DNA of 63,887 nucleotides, counting the filler, from Stramenopiles sp. TOSAG23-3 (Eukaryota), in the NCBI GenBank assembly GCA_900128585.1. It is 11 parts of 11 records of this genome, joined end to end, with 100 filler letters (N's around TTAATTAATTAA, not from the genome) between each part and the next. Parts side by side here need not be neighbours in the genome. Positions count along the whole stretch, not along the records: positions 1 to 9,224 come from LT642940.1; positions 9,325 to 18,539 come from LT642941.1; 9 more parts are not named here. One strand, given 5' to 3'. Positions 1 to 10,375 of this stretch are shown here, one piece after another. Numbering within the stretch: position 1 is the first letter of the stretch; every line of letters begins with the position of its first letter. The position numbers and the translations under genes are program-made. Below the pieces are notes generated by a model, which saw only the letters and a program-made list of their open reading frames with translations, ran no database searches and was not told the DNA's origin.

Positions 1-79
1 CTTACTATATATATACTACTACAGCAGCAGTATTTAAAATAATTATTATTAAAAAAAATAATTATTATTACACAAACCA
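1..79. repeat. 79-bp perfect inverted copy of 6655-6733 at the contig start (likely amplification chimera)
   Basis: Bases 1-79 are the exact reverse complement of 6655-6733, checked by eye. Confidence 0.9.
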
Positions 80-468
80 TCGTTCTTCGCCTCGCCCTTC
101 TTGGCCTTACCAGGCGGCCCAGCAGATTGGCACGAAATTGCGCCTATGCTCTTGTCGTACTTCCCTATCTCGAGGTCACCCGTTTTCAGTAGCGTGTAGG
201 AAAACTGCAAGAGTTTCCCCACGACAAGGCTTTTCTTCTCCTGGTCCTTCGCCTTGGCCCGCCGCCCACCTCCAGCTTCGAGGCCATCCGCCTTATCATT
301 AAATTGAAAAATTGCCCGGGCGTTCGAATCTATGAGCATCTGGAGTTCTTGCAAGAGACGGACCGAGTTTCTATTCCACCACTCCATCTCCTTTGCATCA
401 ATATCCACAACAAGCGGAAGGGCACGTTTGTTCACTATCCCAATCTCAAGAAGATACCTCAGCCTCAT
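49..468 (-). CDS. Hypothetical protein, possibly SLX4IP/UPF0492-like; the true 3' end is replaced by the inverted duplication
   Basis: ATG-initiated ORF with coding-like GC. The pattern LVVDI..WW..LQELQMLIDS...LVVGKLLQFSYTLLK loosely resembles the SLX4IP N-terminal domain (from memory). The last codons (GLCNNNYFF) come from the 1-79 repeat. Confidence 0.4.
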   Translation of the reverse strand: MRLRYLLEIGIVNKRALPLVVDIDAKEMEWWNRNSVRLLQELQMLIDSNARAIFQFNDKADGLEAGGGRRAKAKDQEKKSLVVGKLLQFSYTLLKTGDLEIGKYDKSIGAISCQSAGPPGKAKKGEAKNDGLCNNNYFF

Positions 469-1188
469 CCCGCCGCGAAAGATACGCGAACCGTTCTATA
501 CCCCTTTGAGGGATTCTTCTTAACCACTACAAAAAGAAGAAAATTCACAAATAACGCACTCTCTCTACTTTTTTTCACTTCTCAAAGATAAAACAATCTT
601 TTTGGTGTTGTCAAAATATTTTTGTTTATTATTTATATATATAATACAGTGACATTTATTTTAATAAAAAAAATATTATTATTAAATCAATTTTTTTATT
701 GTTTTGTTGTTGGTGTAGGTTGTTGTGATTTTGATCGGATGATGGATGGATGATTGTTGAATTGAGAAAAGTAAGAGAAGGTCATCATCATCATAGATAT
801 AATATTATAATTATATACATGTTGTGGGCTACCTAATATAATATTAATTATAGAAGAAGAAAGAAAGAAAGAAGATGATGAATAGCTAATAATGTGAATA
901 AAATATATATATAATACCGCGGTGTAGTATAGTAAATAATAAAAAAATAATATTTATTATTGAATATTGAATTCTTCTTTTCATCACATCAAAAGTAGTA
1001 GTACGTACAATTATAGAGACTTACAAACTCTTTCTTTTTTCACAGCAGCAATAGGCAAGCAATTAGGCGCCTTTCAATTTTATAGTATGTAACTTAGACG
1101 AGCGGAGAGTATTGATTGTTTTGAGGACCAACCAGCATTGTCTTTCACAGTAAGGCCAACGGACGTGCCGAAACGTAAAGATACCGCA

Positions 1189-4100
1189 ATGTCGAATACT
1201 TTTGGAAGTAGAACCTATACGAAATGTCCAGTGTGCGACCGCACCCTCCCCAGCGTGATGATCCAGGCGCACGTAGAAAGTTGTTTGAGCGCACTGGGTA
1301 ATGCGCCTGCTCACGACCCACCGTCGTCTAAACGGCCACCGTCACCCCTTCCTGCGAAGGAGAAAAAAAACGCATTGTCTCAGCTAATGACCCACCGGTC
1401 GTCTTCTCAAAATTCGTCACTTCCAGCGAATCAGAGAAAAAAGCGAAAAATTAGTAGTAGCTTTGCAAAGCAGAGACAGAAGCGATCGGCGACCCTGACC
1501 CAGGGAACCCCCGAGGTTGAAGTAGAAAAGGTATGGGGGGACGACGGCAAAATACTAGGTTGGAACCTTTGCCCAGGGCTCTCTACTACTAAAGGAGGCC
1601 TGTCCCGCCCCCTTCGCCCAGGGGTCCGAGTAGAAGTTTGGCGACAGAGCAGGACCTCGCCCTTTGTCCGTTTTGGCTTCAGTCGCACAGAGATTATCGG
1701 GAAATTGGAGCAGGAAGTTGCTGCATTTTTGGCACCGTTGATAGACCATGGGCTGCTTTCGGCAAGTGCGATTTGTCAGAGTGCACCGGAAAAGCTAAGC
1801 CATTGGAGTACTGTGCAGCTCTTGGTGCAAATCAACGTTTTGTCTCCCTTGCTTTTTTCAAACCACCCCGCCCAATCTGCACTGAAAGATGCTTCGTTTT
1901 TGTTGGTTCGCTGGATTTTCCCTACTGTCAGCGCAACTTGCTCTGGCTTGTCAACAGACGAAGGTGGCAAGCCCCCCCAGGTTGGCATTGGTGGGGAAGG
2001 TGGACAGGGCCCAGAAGATATCGTGAAAGATGTGGACGATGGGCCGGACGGGGAAGTAGTGGACCAAAACGTTCTCTCGAAAGCGTCCCAAGAGGCTCTT
2101 TTGGAAGATTCCCTTGGCCTGCATGATGACATTGCGACCATTGCTCCGCCGGTGTCGTTGAACGTGGAAATGCGGCCGTACCAACTTGACGCTCTGTCGT
2201 GGATGAAAGCGCGAGAGCTGGCAAAGGTGGAGTCGTTTGAGATGTTAAAGCCGCCGTCCAAAGGTAGAGATGGGAAGCATTTTGCGGGGTCTGCAGGATC
2301 CCTCCTGGACGCGCACCCGCTGTGGCTTAAATGTAAATTTGAGGATCCCAGCGCAACCCCCGCGGAGCAGACGTTTGTGTACGTGAACCCGTACAGCAGG
2401 AGAACCCAAATGGAAACGCCCCCAATGATCCAAGAGTGCCGCGGTGGGATCTTGGCCGACGAAATGGGCATGGGGAAAACGATAGAAATGCTGTCCCTGT
2501 TGGCGAGCGACAAAGAGGAGCGTCAGGAAACGGCGAAGGGCAGTTTTTCGATTTCTGAGGCAGCAGATTCATGCGAAGATGGGCACGCAACCCTCGTAGT
2601 CGTTCCAATGTCTGTGCTGGGTCAGTGGGGGAGCGAGATTAAGTCACACGTCAAAGGAATGTCCGTTTACACTTACTATGGCTCGGAGAAGAAAGACTTG
2701 TCCTTTCACCGCTTGAAGACGTCGGACGTTGTCTTGACAACGTACGGCACTCTGTCCGCGGAGGCACAACGTATCGCTGGTAGTGGTCAAGCTGGGCAAA
2801 GTTTGTTGCAGCTGCACTGGCGGCGGTTGGTGCTCGACGAAGCGCACACAATAAAGAACAAAGCGACCTTGGCCGCACAGGCAGTCACCTCGATCAGGGC
2901 GTCGCGGCGGTGGTGCATGACGGGCACCCCGATGCAGAACGGAATACAAGACCTGTTTTCGTTGATAAAGTTCCTTCGCCACCAGCCATGGAGCGAGCCA
3001 CTCTGGTGGAACCGTGTGATCAAGGCCCCGTTCGACGAGGGCGACGAAAAAGCAAAGGACCGTCTGCGGGCTGTTTTGGGGCCCATTATCTTGCGGCGCA
3101 CAAAGGACACGGTGGATCGAACTACTGGGAAGGCAATTGTGACGTTGCCCAAGCGCAACATCCAGTTGCACGCAGTGGAGTTTTCTGACGCAGAATCGGA
3201 CTTTTACAAGGCCCTGTACATGCGCAGCAAAGCTGAGTTCGATGGATACGTGGCCACCGGCACCCTTTCGAGCAATTACGCAACAATATTAACGCTGTTG
3301 TTGAGGCTGCGCCAGGCATGCAACCACCCCTTTTTGGTGCTCGGAAAAGGCGACGGGGGAAGCAACAGAGACTCGGCAAAGAAGAAATACGTGGGCAAGC
3401 TGTACCATAAATTTATATCCAATTCCAACTTGGACCTCTCCTCGTCAGAAAGCAAAGGGAGGGCAGCGGAAGACGCCGGGGATGCTGGCAGCGGCACGGC
3501 GGCGCGCACCATTCCCGCTGGCGCGGGGCAGAGCCAGTTGCGCGCTGGGGCATCAAATGCTGCCATGTCCCCCTCTGCGACAATTGCACACCAGCCCGAA
3601 TTCATTCGCAACCTGTTCGCGGAGCTTGAGAAAGACGGTGTAAGCAACATGGAATGCCCCGTGTGCTTGGACCCGCCTGACCAGGCGTGCCTGACGCCTT
3701 GCGGTCATTTGATGTGCCGCGAATGCCTGTTTGGGAGCATGAAGTATTTCAGCTGCGCGAAGTGCCCCGTTTGTCGCCAAAAAGTAGAGATGGGGAGAGT
3801 CGTGTCTTTGTCAGAATCCATCGAAGCGTCCGCGCCAACGATGAGAGACTTGGAATCGAAAGGGAAAATGGTACGAAGCGCCAAATTGGACGCCATGGTG
3901 GACATCCTCTCTACGCATGTGGTCGGCAGGGCAAAGAAACACGGAAAAGCGGTCGTATTTAGTCAATGGACCTACATGCTCGACTTGGTTGGCTTCGTGT
4001 TGAAAGAAGAAGGGATGCGGTTTGCGCGACTGGACGGGTCGATGAGCCAGCGGGCAAGGGAGAAAGCCATCGAAAACTTTCGAAAGGACCCTAAAGTAAA

Positions 4101-4410
4101 CGTTATGGTAATGAGCTTGAAAGCGGGGGGGCTGGGGCTTAATCTGACGTGCGCATCGTTGGTTATCCTGATGGATCTGTGGTGGAACCCAGCCGTAGAA
4201 CACCAAGCAATAAACCGCTGCCATAGAATTGGCCAGACTCGCCAAGTGGACGTTTTTCGCTTTATCGTGTCTGGGTCTTGCGAGCAGAAAATGTTGGATA
4301 TACACAAGAAGAAGAACGATCTGTCCAAGTCCTTGATGCTGGAAGGGAGCGAACTTGGGCAAAAAGCTGGTAGGCTCGACATCGACGATTTGAAAAGTTT
4401 CTTCCTCTGA
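1189..4410 (+). CDS. RAD5: DNA repair protein RAD5/HLTF-like SNF2 helicase with RING E3 ligase
   Basis: UBZ-type finger CPVC..HVESCL, HIRAN-like region, GGILADEMGMGKT, LDEAH, TGTPMQN, RING CPVC..PCGH..C..C..CPVCR, and helicase C motifs FSQW, LDGSM, QAINRCHRIGQ. First ATG is at 1189. Confidence 0.92.
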   Translation: MSNTFGSRTYTKCPVCDRTLPSVMIQAHVESCLSALGNAPAHDPPSSKRPPSPLPAKEKKNALSQLMTHRSSSQNSSLPANQRKKRKISSSFAKQRQKRSATLTQGTPEVEVEKVWGDDGKILGWNLCPGLSTTKGGLSRPLRPGVRVEVWRQSRTSPFVRFGFSRTEIIGKLEQEVAAFLAPLIDHGLLSASAICQSAPEKLSHWSTVQLLVQINVLSPLLFSNHPAQSALKDASFLLVRWIFPTVSATCSGLSTDEGGKPPQVGIGGEGGQGPEDIVKDVDDGPDGEVVDQNVLSKASQEALLEDSLGLHDDIATIAPPVSLNVEMRPYQLDALSWMKARELAKVESFEMLKPPSKGRDGKHFAGSAGSLLDAHPLWLKCKFEDPSATPAEQTFVYVNPYSRRTQMETPPMIQECRGGILADEMGMGKTIEMLSLLASDKEERQETAKGSFSISEAADSCEDGHATLVVVPMSVLGQWGSEIKSHVKGMSVYTYYGSEKKDLSFHRLKTSDVVLTTYGTLSAEAQRIAGSGQAGQSLLQLHWRRLVLDEAHTIKNKATLAAQAVTSIRASRRWCMTGTPMQNGIQDLFSLIKFLRHQPWSEPLWWNRVIKAPFDEGDEKAKDRLRAVLGPIILRRTKDTVDRTTGKAIVTLPKRNIQLHAVEFSDAESDFYKALYMRSKAEFDGYVATGTLSSNYATILTLLLRLRQACNHPFLVLGKGDGGSNRDSAKKKYVGKLYHKFISNSNLDLSSSESKGRAAEDAGDAGSGTAARTIPAGAGQSQLRAGASNAAMSPSATIAHQPEFIRNLFAELEKDGVSNMECPVCLDPPDQACLTPCGHLMCRECLFGSMKYFSCAKCPVCRQKVEMGRVVSLSESIEASAPTMRDLESKGKMVRSAKLDAMVDILSTHVVGRAKKHGKAVVFSQWTYMLDLVGFVLKEEGMRFARLDGSMSQRAREKAIENFRKDPKVNVMVMSLKAGGLGLNLTCASLVILMDLWWNPAVEHQAINRCHRIGQTRQVDVFRFIVSGSCEQKMLDIHKKKNDLSKSLMLEGSELGQKAGRLDIDDLKSFFL

Positions 4411-4737
4411 TCTTGTTTGGTTTAAAAACAAAAAACTGGCCGTTGTGTTTGGAAGCTTAACAACAAAACATTGGCGGATACTCCTTCGTTTTTATCAAAG
4501 TAATTAGAATTTATCTTCCTCGTGCACCACCGCGAAAATGAACCCCTGCTACTCCCTTATTTAAGAGTTTTAAACAGCGAGACGAATCAAATCAAGTGTC
4601 AATACAAAGAACATACCTTGGTTAGACTTGCTCTTTCATTAACTCAAGCAGAAGGCACCTTTGTTAAATGCGCGTTCTTTAAACAATTTTTGTGGCATAA
4701 AATAAAATTTACTCTCTTCAGAGTTTACCTCACACTA

Positions 4738-4790
4738 TCACGAATTAGGCTTAAAACATACTATATAATTTGTTTTTTTCACGAATTAGG
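4738..4790 (+). mobile_element. ~30-bp family-B retroposed fragment with target-site duplication
   Basis: CTTAAAACATACTATATAATTTGTTTTTT (4750-4778) is flanked by TCACGAATTAGG at 4738-4749 and 4779-4790. Confidence 0.85.
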
Positions 4791-4836
4791 TAAGCCCCAC
4801 ATTCTAATGTTTTACTTTTATTGCACACACACGACT

Positions 4837-6447
4837 CTACCACGCACCTGGAAGCAGCGGAAGGCTTCGCCGGCATACCGCCCGCAGTGCATTCGTTGCG
4901 CCCCCAATGCTCGCGTAACTGTTTACCTGCTCTACCAAGGTTGTGAGGCACCTCGTGTACTCCGGGTTCTCCCCTAGGGCGGCAAGGCCAGCAGCGCCCG
5001 CCGCGTCTACAAAATTAAATCGCACGTACTCGTACGTGTTCATCATCGCCTGGTACACCTGGAGGCGCGCAGGGTCGCCGAGGTCCCCAACCACCCACGG
5101 ATGCTCCAGGGCCAGGCCCACCCCTATTCGTTGGTCGGGTACAATCCTGAAGATTCGATTCAAAAGGTCGTGAAGCTCTGGCGAAAATGGTGGAATGCCG
5201 TGTTTCGTCCACTGGTGCAAGATTTTGGAAACGCTCCCAGTCTTCTTCAGGTGGCGAAAGCGGCCGCACGCTTCACCTGGGGTATCAAAGATCGGGCACC
5301 CGCTCATCATCATTACTATCATAACCGCTACGGACCAGACATCGGCGTGCACGCCATCGTACGGCGTCCGCGGCGGGGCTGCCTTGAGTTCTTTCCACAC
5401 TTCTGGGGCCAAGTAGAAGACTTTTCCTGCTGTGTTTGGCGGGTTTCTGTGCCGTTGTTGCCCCCCCTCCGTCAACATCATCGACGCCATCCCAAAGTCC
5501 ATAAGCACGCAGCGGGCGGCGCCCCCCCCCGATTCCGCGTGCAACAAGGTGTTTTCCAGGGAAGTGTCATTGACGGACACCCCCCGCTGGTGACAATACA
5601 GCATCCCCTCCATGATCCCCTGCGTGAGCCTCCGGACCTCGAGCTCCGCCTTCCTCCCTCCAGCCTGAATGACGTCAAACAGTTCGCCCCCGTTGCAAAA
5701 CGGCATGATCATGAACATGTGCACCGCGTCATGGCCGACGTCTGTCAGCCCCATGACATTGGGGTGGCCACCACCACGCCCTCCGAGGGTCCACATGATC
5801 GCGACCTCCATGATCGGGTCTTCCATTTTCCGCCGTTGACGGGGGTTAAATTCCGGGAGGTAACTTTTCCTACTTACTTTGACCGCGAACATCTCGATGG
5901 TGCCCACCGCCGGGTCAGGGACGTAGTAGCCGCCCGGCCCGTGGTACAACTTGACACACTTGACCACCTCCCCATAGATGCTCTTCTTCAACCTTCGGAC
6001 GACGGCGTACACGAAGGGCGGGGACGCCGCGGCACCTGCCGGGGTGGACAAGGCCCTATGAAGACGGTGGACGCGCCCGTCCTGGCGGCACGTGAACGTT
6101 TCGTTCTGATATTCAATGATCTCCATGTGCACAAGGCCCTGCAAAACTTCTCGGCCCCGCGGGCGCCCGTCGACCAAAATCTGGCGGCCGCCACCATGAG
6201 ACGCCAAGGCGGCTTCGACGGTGACGTCCGGCTGCGTACCAACGGGCTTTCCGTTAACAAAAAAATGGACCGCCTCCCGCCCAAGAGCGGCGCGGAGCGT
6301 CGCAAACGTAGCCCCGGACGGGAACGTCAGCGTACCACGCCCACCTCTAAGGTCAACGAGGTCGACCTGCAACGTCCCATTCGCCGCCGGCGTAGGCGGG
6401 GGAAGGTGTCCCACCCCTACAAAAAACTCGTCCGGCGCCTGGGCCAT
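4837..6447 (-). CDS. Ser/Thr protein kinase (CAMK-like, D-x-SLEN subgroup)
   Basis: SIYGEV, FAVK, GGELF, NDTSLEN catalytic loop, DFG, GKVFYLAPE, DVWS, HPW. Confidence 0.9.
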   Translation of the reverse strand: MAQAPDEFFVGVGHLPPPTPAANGTLQVDLVDLRGGRGTLTFPSGATFATLRAALGREAVHFFVNGKPVGTQPDVTVEAALASHGGGRQILVDGRPRGREVLQGLVHMEIIEYQNETFTCRQDGRVHRLHRALSTPAGAAASPPFVYAVVRRLKKSIYGEVVKCVKLYHGPGGYYVPDPAVGTIEMFAVKVSRKSYLPEFNPRQRRKMEDPIMEVAIMWTLGGRGGGHPNVMGLTDVGHDAVHMFMIMPFCNGGELFDVIQAGGRKAELEVRRLTQGIMEGMLYCHQRGVSVNDTSLENTLLHAESGGGAARCVLMDFGMASMMLTEGGQQRHRNPPNTAGKVFYLAPEVWKELKAAPPRTPYDGVHADVWSVAVMIVMMMSGCPIFDTPGEACGRFRHLKKTGSVSKILHQWTKHGIPPFSPELHDLLNRIFRIVPDQRIGVGLALEHPWVVGDLGDPARLQVYQAMMNTYEYVRFNFVDAAGAAGLAALGENPEYTRCLTTLVEQVNSYASIGGATNALRAVCRRSLPLLPGAW

Positions 6448-6654
6448 TATGACTGGCCAAGAAACAGTCGGGTTCTACCGTAAAACACGAGCAATTGTTT
6501 TCTTCTTCCACTGTCGTAAAGGTACCATCCCATAAATGCAAATGAATATGAATGTTCGCAGTGCCGTTTTCTTACCTTTTTTCTTCTTCTTCCTTTATTA
6601 ATCTAATATTCTTCATCATCATGCAACATTTCAATATTTAACAAGAAGTGAGTG

Positions 6655-6733
6655 TGGTTTGTGTAATAATAATTATTTTTTTTAATAATAATTATTTTAA
6701 ATACTGCTGCTGTAGTAGTATATATATAGTAAG
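6655..6733. repeat. Source copy of the 79-bp inverted duplication
   Basis: Exact reverse complement of 1-79. Confidence 0.9.
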
Positions 6734-7354
6734 TTATTTATATTATTATTATTATTATTAAAAAAATAGTAGTACCTTGGTAGAGAGAGAGATGTGAAAG
6801 AAAAAAAAAGATGATCTCTTTCTTCTTTCTTTTGTCTTCTTTCTTCTTCTTCGTTCTCTTTTTTTTTTAAATAAATATTTTAATAATAATTAATATAGAA
6901 ATAGCACTGAATAATTATAATTTTAATAGAAGATGATACCAACCAACAAGAAAGAAGAAGTTCGACCGTAGTTTGTTTCTTGGTTCTTGGTTCTTGGTCA
7001 TCATAATTAATAATCAAAGGACGGAGAGAGAACAAGTATACATTAAATTATATTTATATATAGGTAAATATAGATAGGTAAATATTCATGTATTAATTAT
7101 ATGTATTGTATAAATATGATTGGGTTACATTGTATATTAACGTTCTTTTTTATTATTATTTATTATAATAAAAAAAATAATACAACAACGTAACCAACTA
7201 GCCACACCATCCACACGAAAAAAAGCGAGATATAGCAGAAGAATGACAAAATAAACTCTACAGAGGCGTTCCCCCTTCCCTTCAGTCGTTCATTCGTTCC
7301 CTTCCATGGATGGTTCGCCCCGAAACGATCTTCCTTCCTACTTGCCACCCGACC

Positions 7355-7855
7355 TTACTTCTTCCCCCCATCCTGCTGGCGTTCTTCCTCTTCCAATTTT
7401 TCCGCAAGGCGACGACTCTCGTCATCGTTGTCCAAGCGTTTCCGGGTCGCCAGCTCGAAAGCCCGTTCCATTTCGTACAATTGCAAGGCGTAGTCCGCAT
7501 CGCGCCGGGCGGGGCTGGAATTGCCACTGTTCTTCACAATGTCATTCTTCATCTTCTTCACTAGGGTCCGTGCCGTAAACTCGTCCGTGTTTTCCTGGAG
7601 CTTGGTAAAGATTTCATGCCTCCAAAACTTGTCTTCCTCCAACAGGGCCGCCTCGTCCACCGTATGGTCGTCAGCAAAGGTAGCGTCCCCTGATAGCCGC
7701 TTGGTCCGTTCCTTAATCCTCTCGTCGATCTCTTTCAAATTTTCCCTCAGCGCGTTTTGGAGCAGGTCGATGTCCAGGAGGGCGTCTTTCGACGACGGGG
7801 ACCTCCCGTTAACGTCCTCGGGACGGATATTTGCGTCTATTTCTCGAAGCGCCAT
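7355..7855 (-). CDS. Hypothetical charged/coiled-coil protein
   Basis: GC-rich ORF from ATG at 7855 (MALREIDANIRPE), flanked by AT-rich DNA. Confidence 0.6.
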   Translation of the reverse strand: MALREIDANIRPEDVNGRSPSSKDALLDIDLLQNALRENLKEIDERIKERTKRLSGDATFADDHTVDEAALLEEDKFWRHEIFTKLQENTDEFTARTLVKKMKNDIVKNSGNSSPARRDADYALQLYEMERAFELATRKRLDNDDESRRLAEKLEEEERQQDGGKK

Positions 7856-8661
7856 CGAAAAGGGAAAAATCAATAAAATCACCACAGGGGTGGAAGAGGT
7901 AGTCGGTCCTGCAAACGACGGAGAGTTTCTATTGGCACGAGAATGGTCAGAAAATGGAAGCGATTGGTATTGAACCGTGCTAATACGTGCAGTATTTAGT
8001 TAGTAGTTGTAGTAGTAGTTCCAAGAAGTAGTAGTTCCAAGAAGTAGTAGTTCCAAGAAGTCGAAGTAGTAGAAGCACTTTTCTTCAACGGTGCCTTCTT
8101 TGTTGTTGTTTGTTGTTTTGTTAGTGTGTTGTACCTACTATTAATTATTATTATATAGATTATAATATAATTAATAATACGCAGTAATAGTATTGGGAGG
8201 AGGACCACGATGTGTTGTGTAAAAAAAATGAAAAATATTTTAACTATTCATATTGTAACTATAACTATAACTGGCTAAAAACAGACACGAGGGAGGGGGT
8301 GGTAACGGTCGTCTTTCCTTTCCTTTTCCTTTCTTTTCAACTTTTCAATTATTCCTTTCCTTTCCTTTTCAATTCCTTCCCTTCCTCCTGGGATTATATT
8401 TTTATTGTATAGTCCTGATAGGGCAGATTATGGGTAAATAGGAGTTTGCTCCTATAATTTTATCTTAACCCCCCCCACTGAGAACTAAGAATTAGTTCGC
8501 CATTGTATTTATTACATGACACACCATTAAATATATAATTATACAATATATATATCTAAAAATCCTCACATTGTGTAACTTATAGCAAACAACACCTTAG
8601 CAGGCGCAAGCCTTCAAATAGGCCAGTTATCCTTATACAAGTAACAGCAGCAAAACAATAC

Positions 8662-8714
8662 GTGCATAGTGTACTACTGGAGTACAATTACAGGTTCAAC
8701 TCCTGATATGTACT
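8662..8714 (+). ncRNA. D-armless tRNA-like fold (candidate only)
   Basis: 7-bp acceptor-like stem GTGCATA/TATGTAC, hairpin TGTAC-TACTGGA-GTACA, and T-arm CAGG-TTCAACT-CCTG containing the box-B match GGTTCAACTCC. Confidence 0.25.
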
Positions 8715-9059
8715 GGCTGAGTTAGTATAGGGGTTAGTACAACACGTTGTGGCCGTGTAAACCTGGGTGTAAGTAAAACATTTAAAACAGAAGTTAAAAA
8801 TTATAAACATGACTCTAACATAAGAAAATCTTAAACAGTCGATTCCCAGACTTGGCACTCAAGTCTCCAGGACATTAATTTTTTTATTTTTTTTTCTCTG
8901 CTATTGTTATGGGTTCTTGAGTTGTATCGAGTTTGTACATATACACAAAATGGAAAAAAGAAAAGATATGAATATTTTTTATGTTATGTACTTAGTTATC
9001 TATTTTGAATATACTTTAAACTATACTCCTATTTATAATTTAATTAAAATTGATTTCCT

Positions 9060-9224
9060 TCCTCTTCTTCTTTCTTCTTTCTTCTTCTTCTATCTTCTTC
9101 TTCTTTCTTCTTCTTCTATCTTCTTCTTCTTCTTCTTCTCTCTTCTTCTTCTCTCTTCTTCTTCCTTCTTCTTCTTCCTTCTTCTTCTTCTTCCTTCTTC
9201 TTCTTCTTCTTCTTCTTCTTCTTC
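9060..9224. repeat. (TTC)n microsatellite at contig end
   Basis: Direct reading. Confidence 0.95.
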
Positions 9225-9324
9225 NNNNNNNNNNNNNNNNNNNNNNNNNNNNNNNNNNNNNNNNNNNNTTAATTAATTAANNNNNNNNNNNNNNNNNNNN
9301 NNNNNNNNNNNNNNNNNNNNNNNN
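9225..9324. other. Artificial contig linker N44-TTAATTAATTAA-N44
   Basis: Identical 100-bp linkers also at 18540-18639, 27840-27939, 37138-37237, 46429-46528, 55704-55803, 57343-57442, 58981-59080, 60617-60716 and 62253-62352. Contig lengths descend (9224, 9215, 9200, 9198, 9191, 9175, 1539, 1538, 1536, 1536, 1535). Confidence 0.98.
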
Positions 9325-9493
9325 AAAAAAGAAGGTGTCAGTTCAAGAACAATGTCTCCTCCTATTGCAGATCCTCCCCAAGTTCTGGTCAAGATTCCAA
9401 TTGTTATTATCATATATTTTTTTTTTTATCATATGTAAAAAAAAACAAATAATTTAGTATGTAATTTTGTAAATTAGAAAACATTTTTTAAAA

Positions 9494-10375
9494 TTACTCA
9501 AGCACCGTCTTTATGGCCTTTCCTTCGCCTTTCGGTGCTTCTGTTCGCCGGGAGGAGCAGCAGGAAGGGTCGTGTTTATATTCCATGTCCTCATCAGCAA
9601 TACCACGTTCGTTTTTCTGTAAGTAGTGAAAGAATTCTTTCAATCGTTGAAAGAAAAGGCCTGATTTCTTCCGCTGGACGATCACTTCAATGTTGTTGTG
9701 CCCGGCATCTTCTACCCATAACGGTGGGTACCGAAACTTTGGTTTAGTGGCTAAGTATAAACACTCTCCATGCCAAAACGGGACAATTTCATCGCGTCTT
9801 CCATGCAAAATAAATACAGGGGCATCGATTGACGGTATTTTATCAATATTACACATCATGTCTCCCGGCATTGAATAGCGAAAATGAAACGCAACTCTAT
9901 AAGCACTCATCAAAGGGCTTTGCAGTATAACCCCGGCGGGCGGGCGACCTTCCCGAGACAGTTTTGATCCAAGCTCACAGCTAGCTCCAGAACCCAAAGA
10001 TCGCCCATACAATACAATTTCATCTGGCATATAACCTTGGGTTTCTGTAAGAAAATCGAAAGCCGCCTGGGCACTATAAAAGCAATCGGTCTCAGACGGC
10101 TTCTCGCCATCAGAGAGACCATAACCCAAATAATCATACCCCATGACATTACACTCTAACTGTATAGCGACTTCTTTAAACCAATCGTATATCATTCCTA
10201 TGTCTTCCGCATTTCCATGGGAAAACAATATCGTAAATTTTGCCCTTTCATGCCGTACAAAAAAAGCTTGTATAGTCAAATTCTTTCCGGTACTCAGTGG
10301 GAAAAAATTAGGGGAGTTTGTATATGATGCTGGTCTCGGGGGCTGAAACAACAATTTGTCCACGGAATTTCCCAT
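9494..10375 (-). CDS. ABHD17-like alpha/beta hydrolase (depalmitoylase family)
   Basis: LLFQPP, LFSHGNAEDIG, YDYLGYG, GRSLGSG nucleophile elbow, HGRRDEIVPFWHG, AGHNNIE. The MGN start is a possible myristoylation site. Confidence 0.9.
   Translation of the reverse strand: MGNSVDKLLFQPPRPASYTNSPNFFPLSTGKNLTIQAFFVRHERAKFTILFSHGNAEDIGMIYDWFKEVAIQLECNVMGYDYLGYGLSDGEKPSETDCFYSAQAAFDFLTETQGYMPDEIVLYGRSLGSGASCELGSKLSREGRPPAGVILQSPLMSAYRVAFHFRYSMPGDMMCNIDKIPSIDAPVFILHGRRDEIVPFWHGECLYLATKPKFRYPPLWVEDAGHNNIEVIVQRKKSGLFFQRLKEFFHYLQKNERGIADEDMEYKHDPSCCSSRRTEAPKGEGKAIKTVLE

Noticed and set aside
5101-6483. 460-aa plus-strand ORF
   Set aside because: Antisense shadow of the GC-rich kinase gene with no recognisable motifs. 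The same applies to most short overlapping ORFs in the track.
1-6733. Giant TIR transposon carrying RAD5 and a kinase
   Set aside because: No transposase, the repeat is low-complexity intergenic DNA, and it truncates a gene exactly at a contig end. A chimera is more parsimonious.
8917-9280. ORFs rich in L/S/F near contig ends (also 60427..60672)
   Set aside because: Translations of (TTC)n and (TTTC)n microsatellites.
9225-9324. Repeated TTAATTAATTAA palindrome inside N runs (10 copies)
   Set aside because: Artificial all-frame-stop contig linker; ORFs ending in X..LIN are artefacts.
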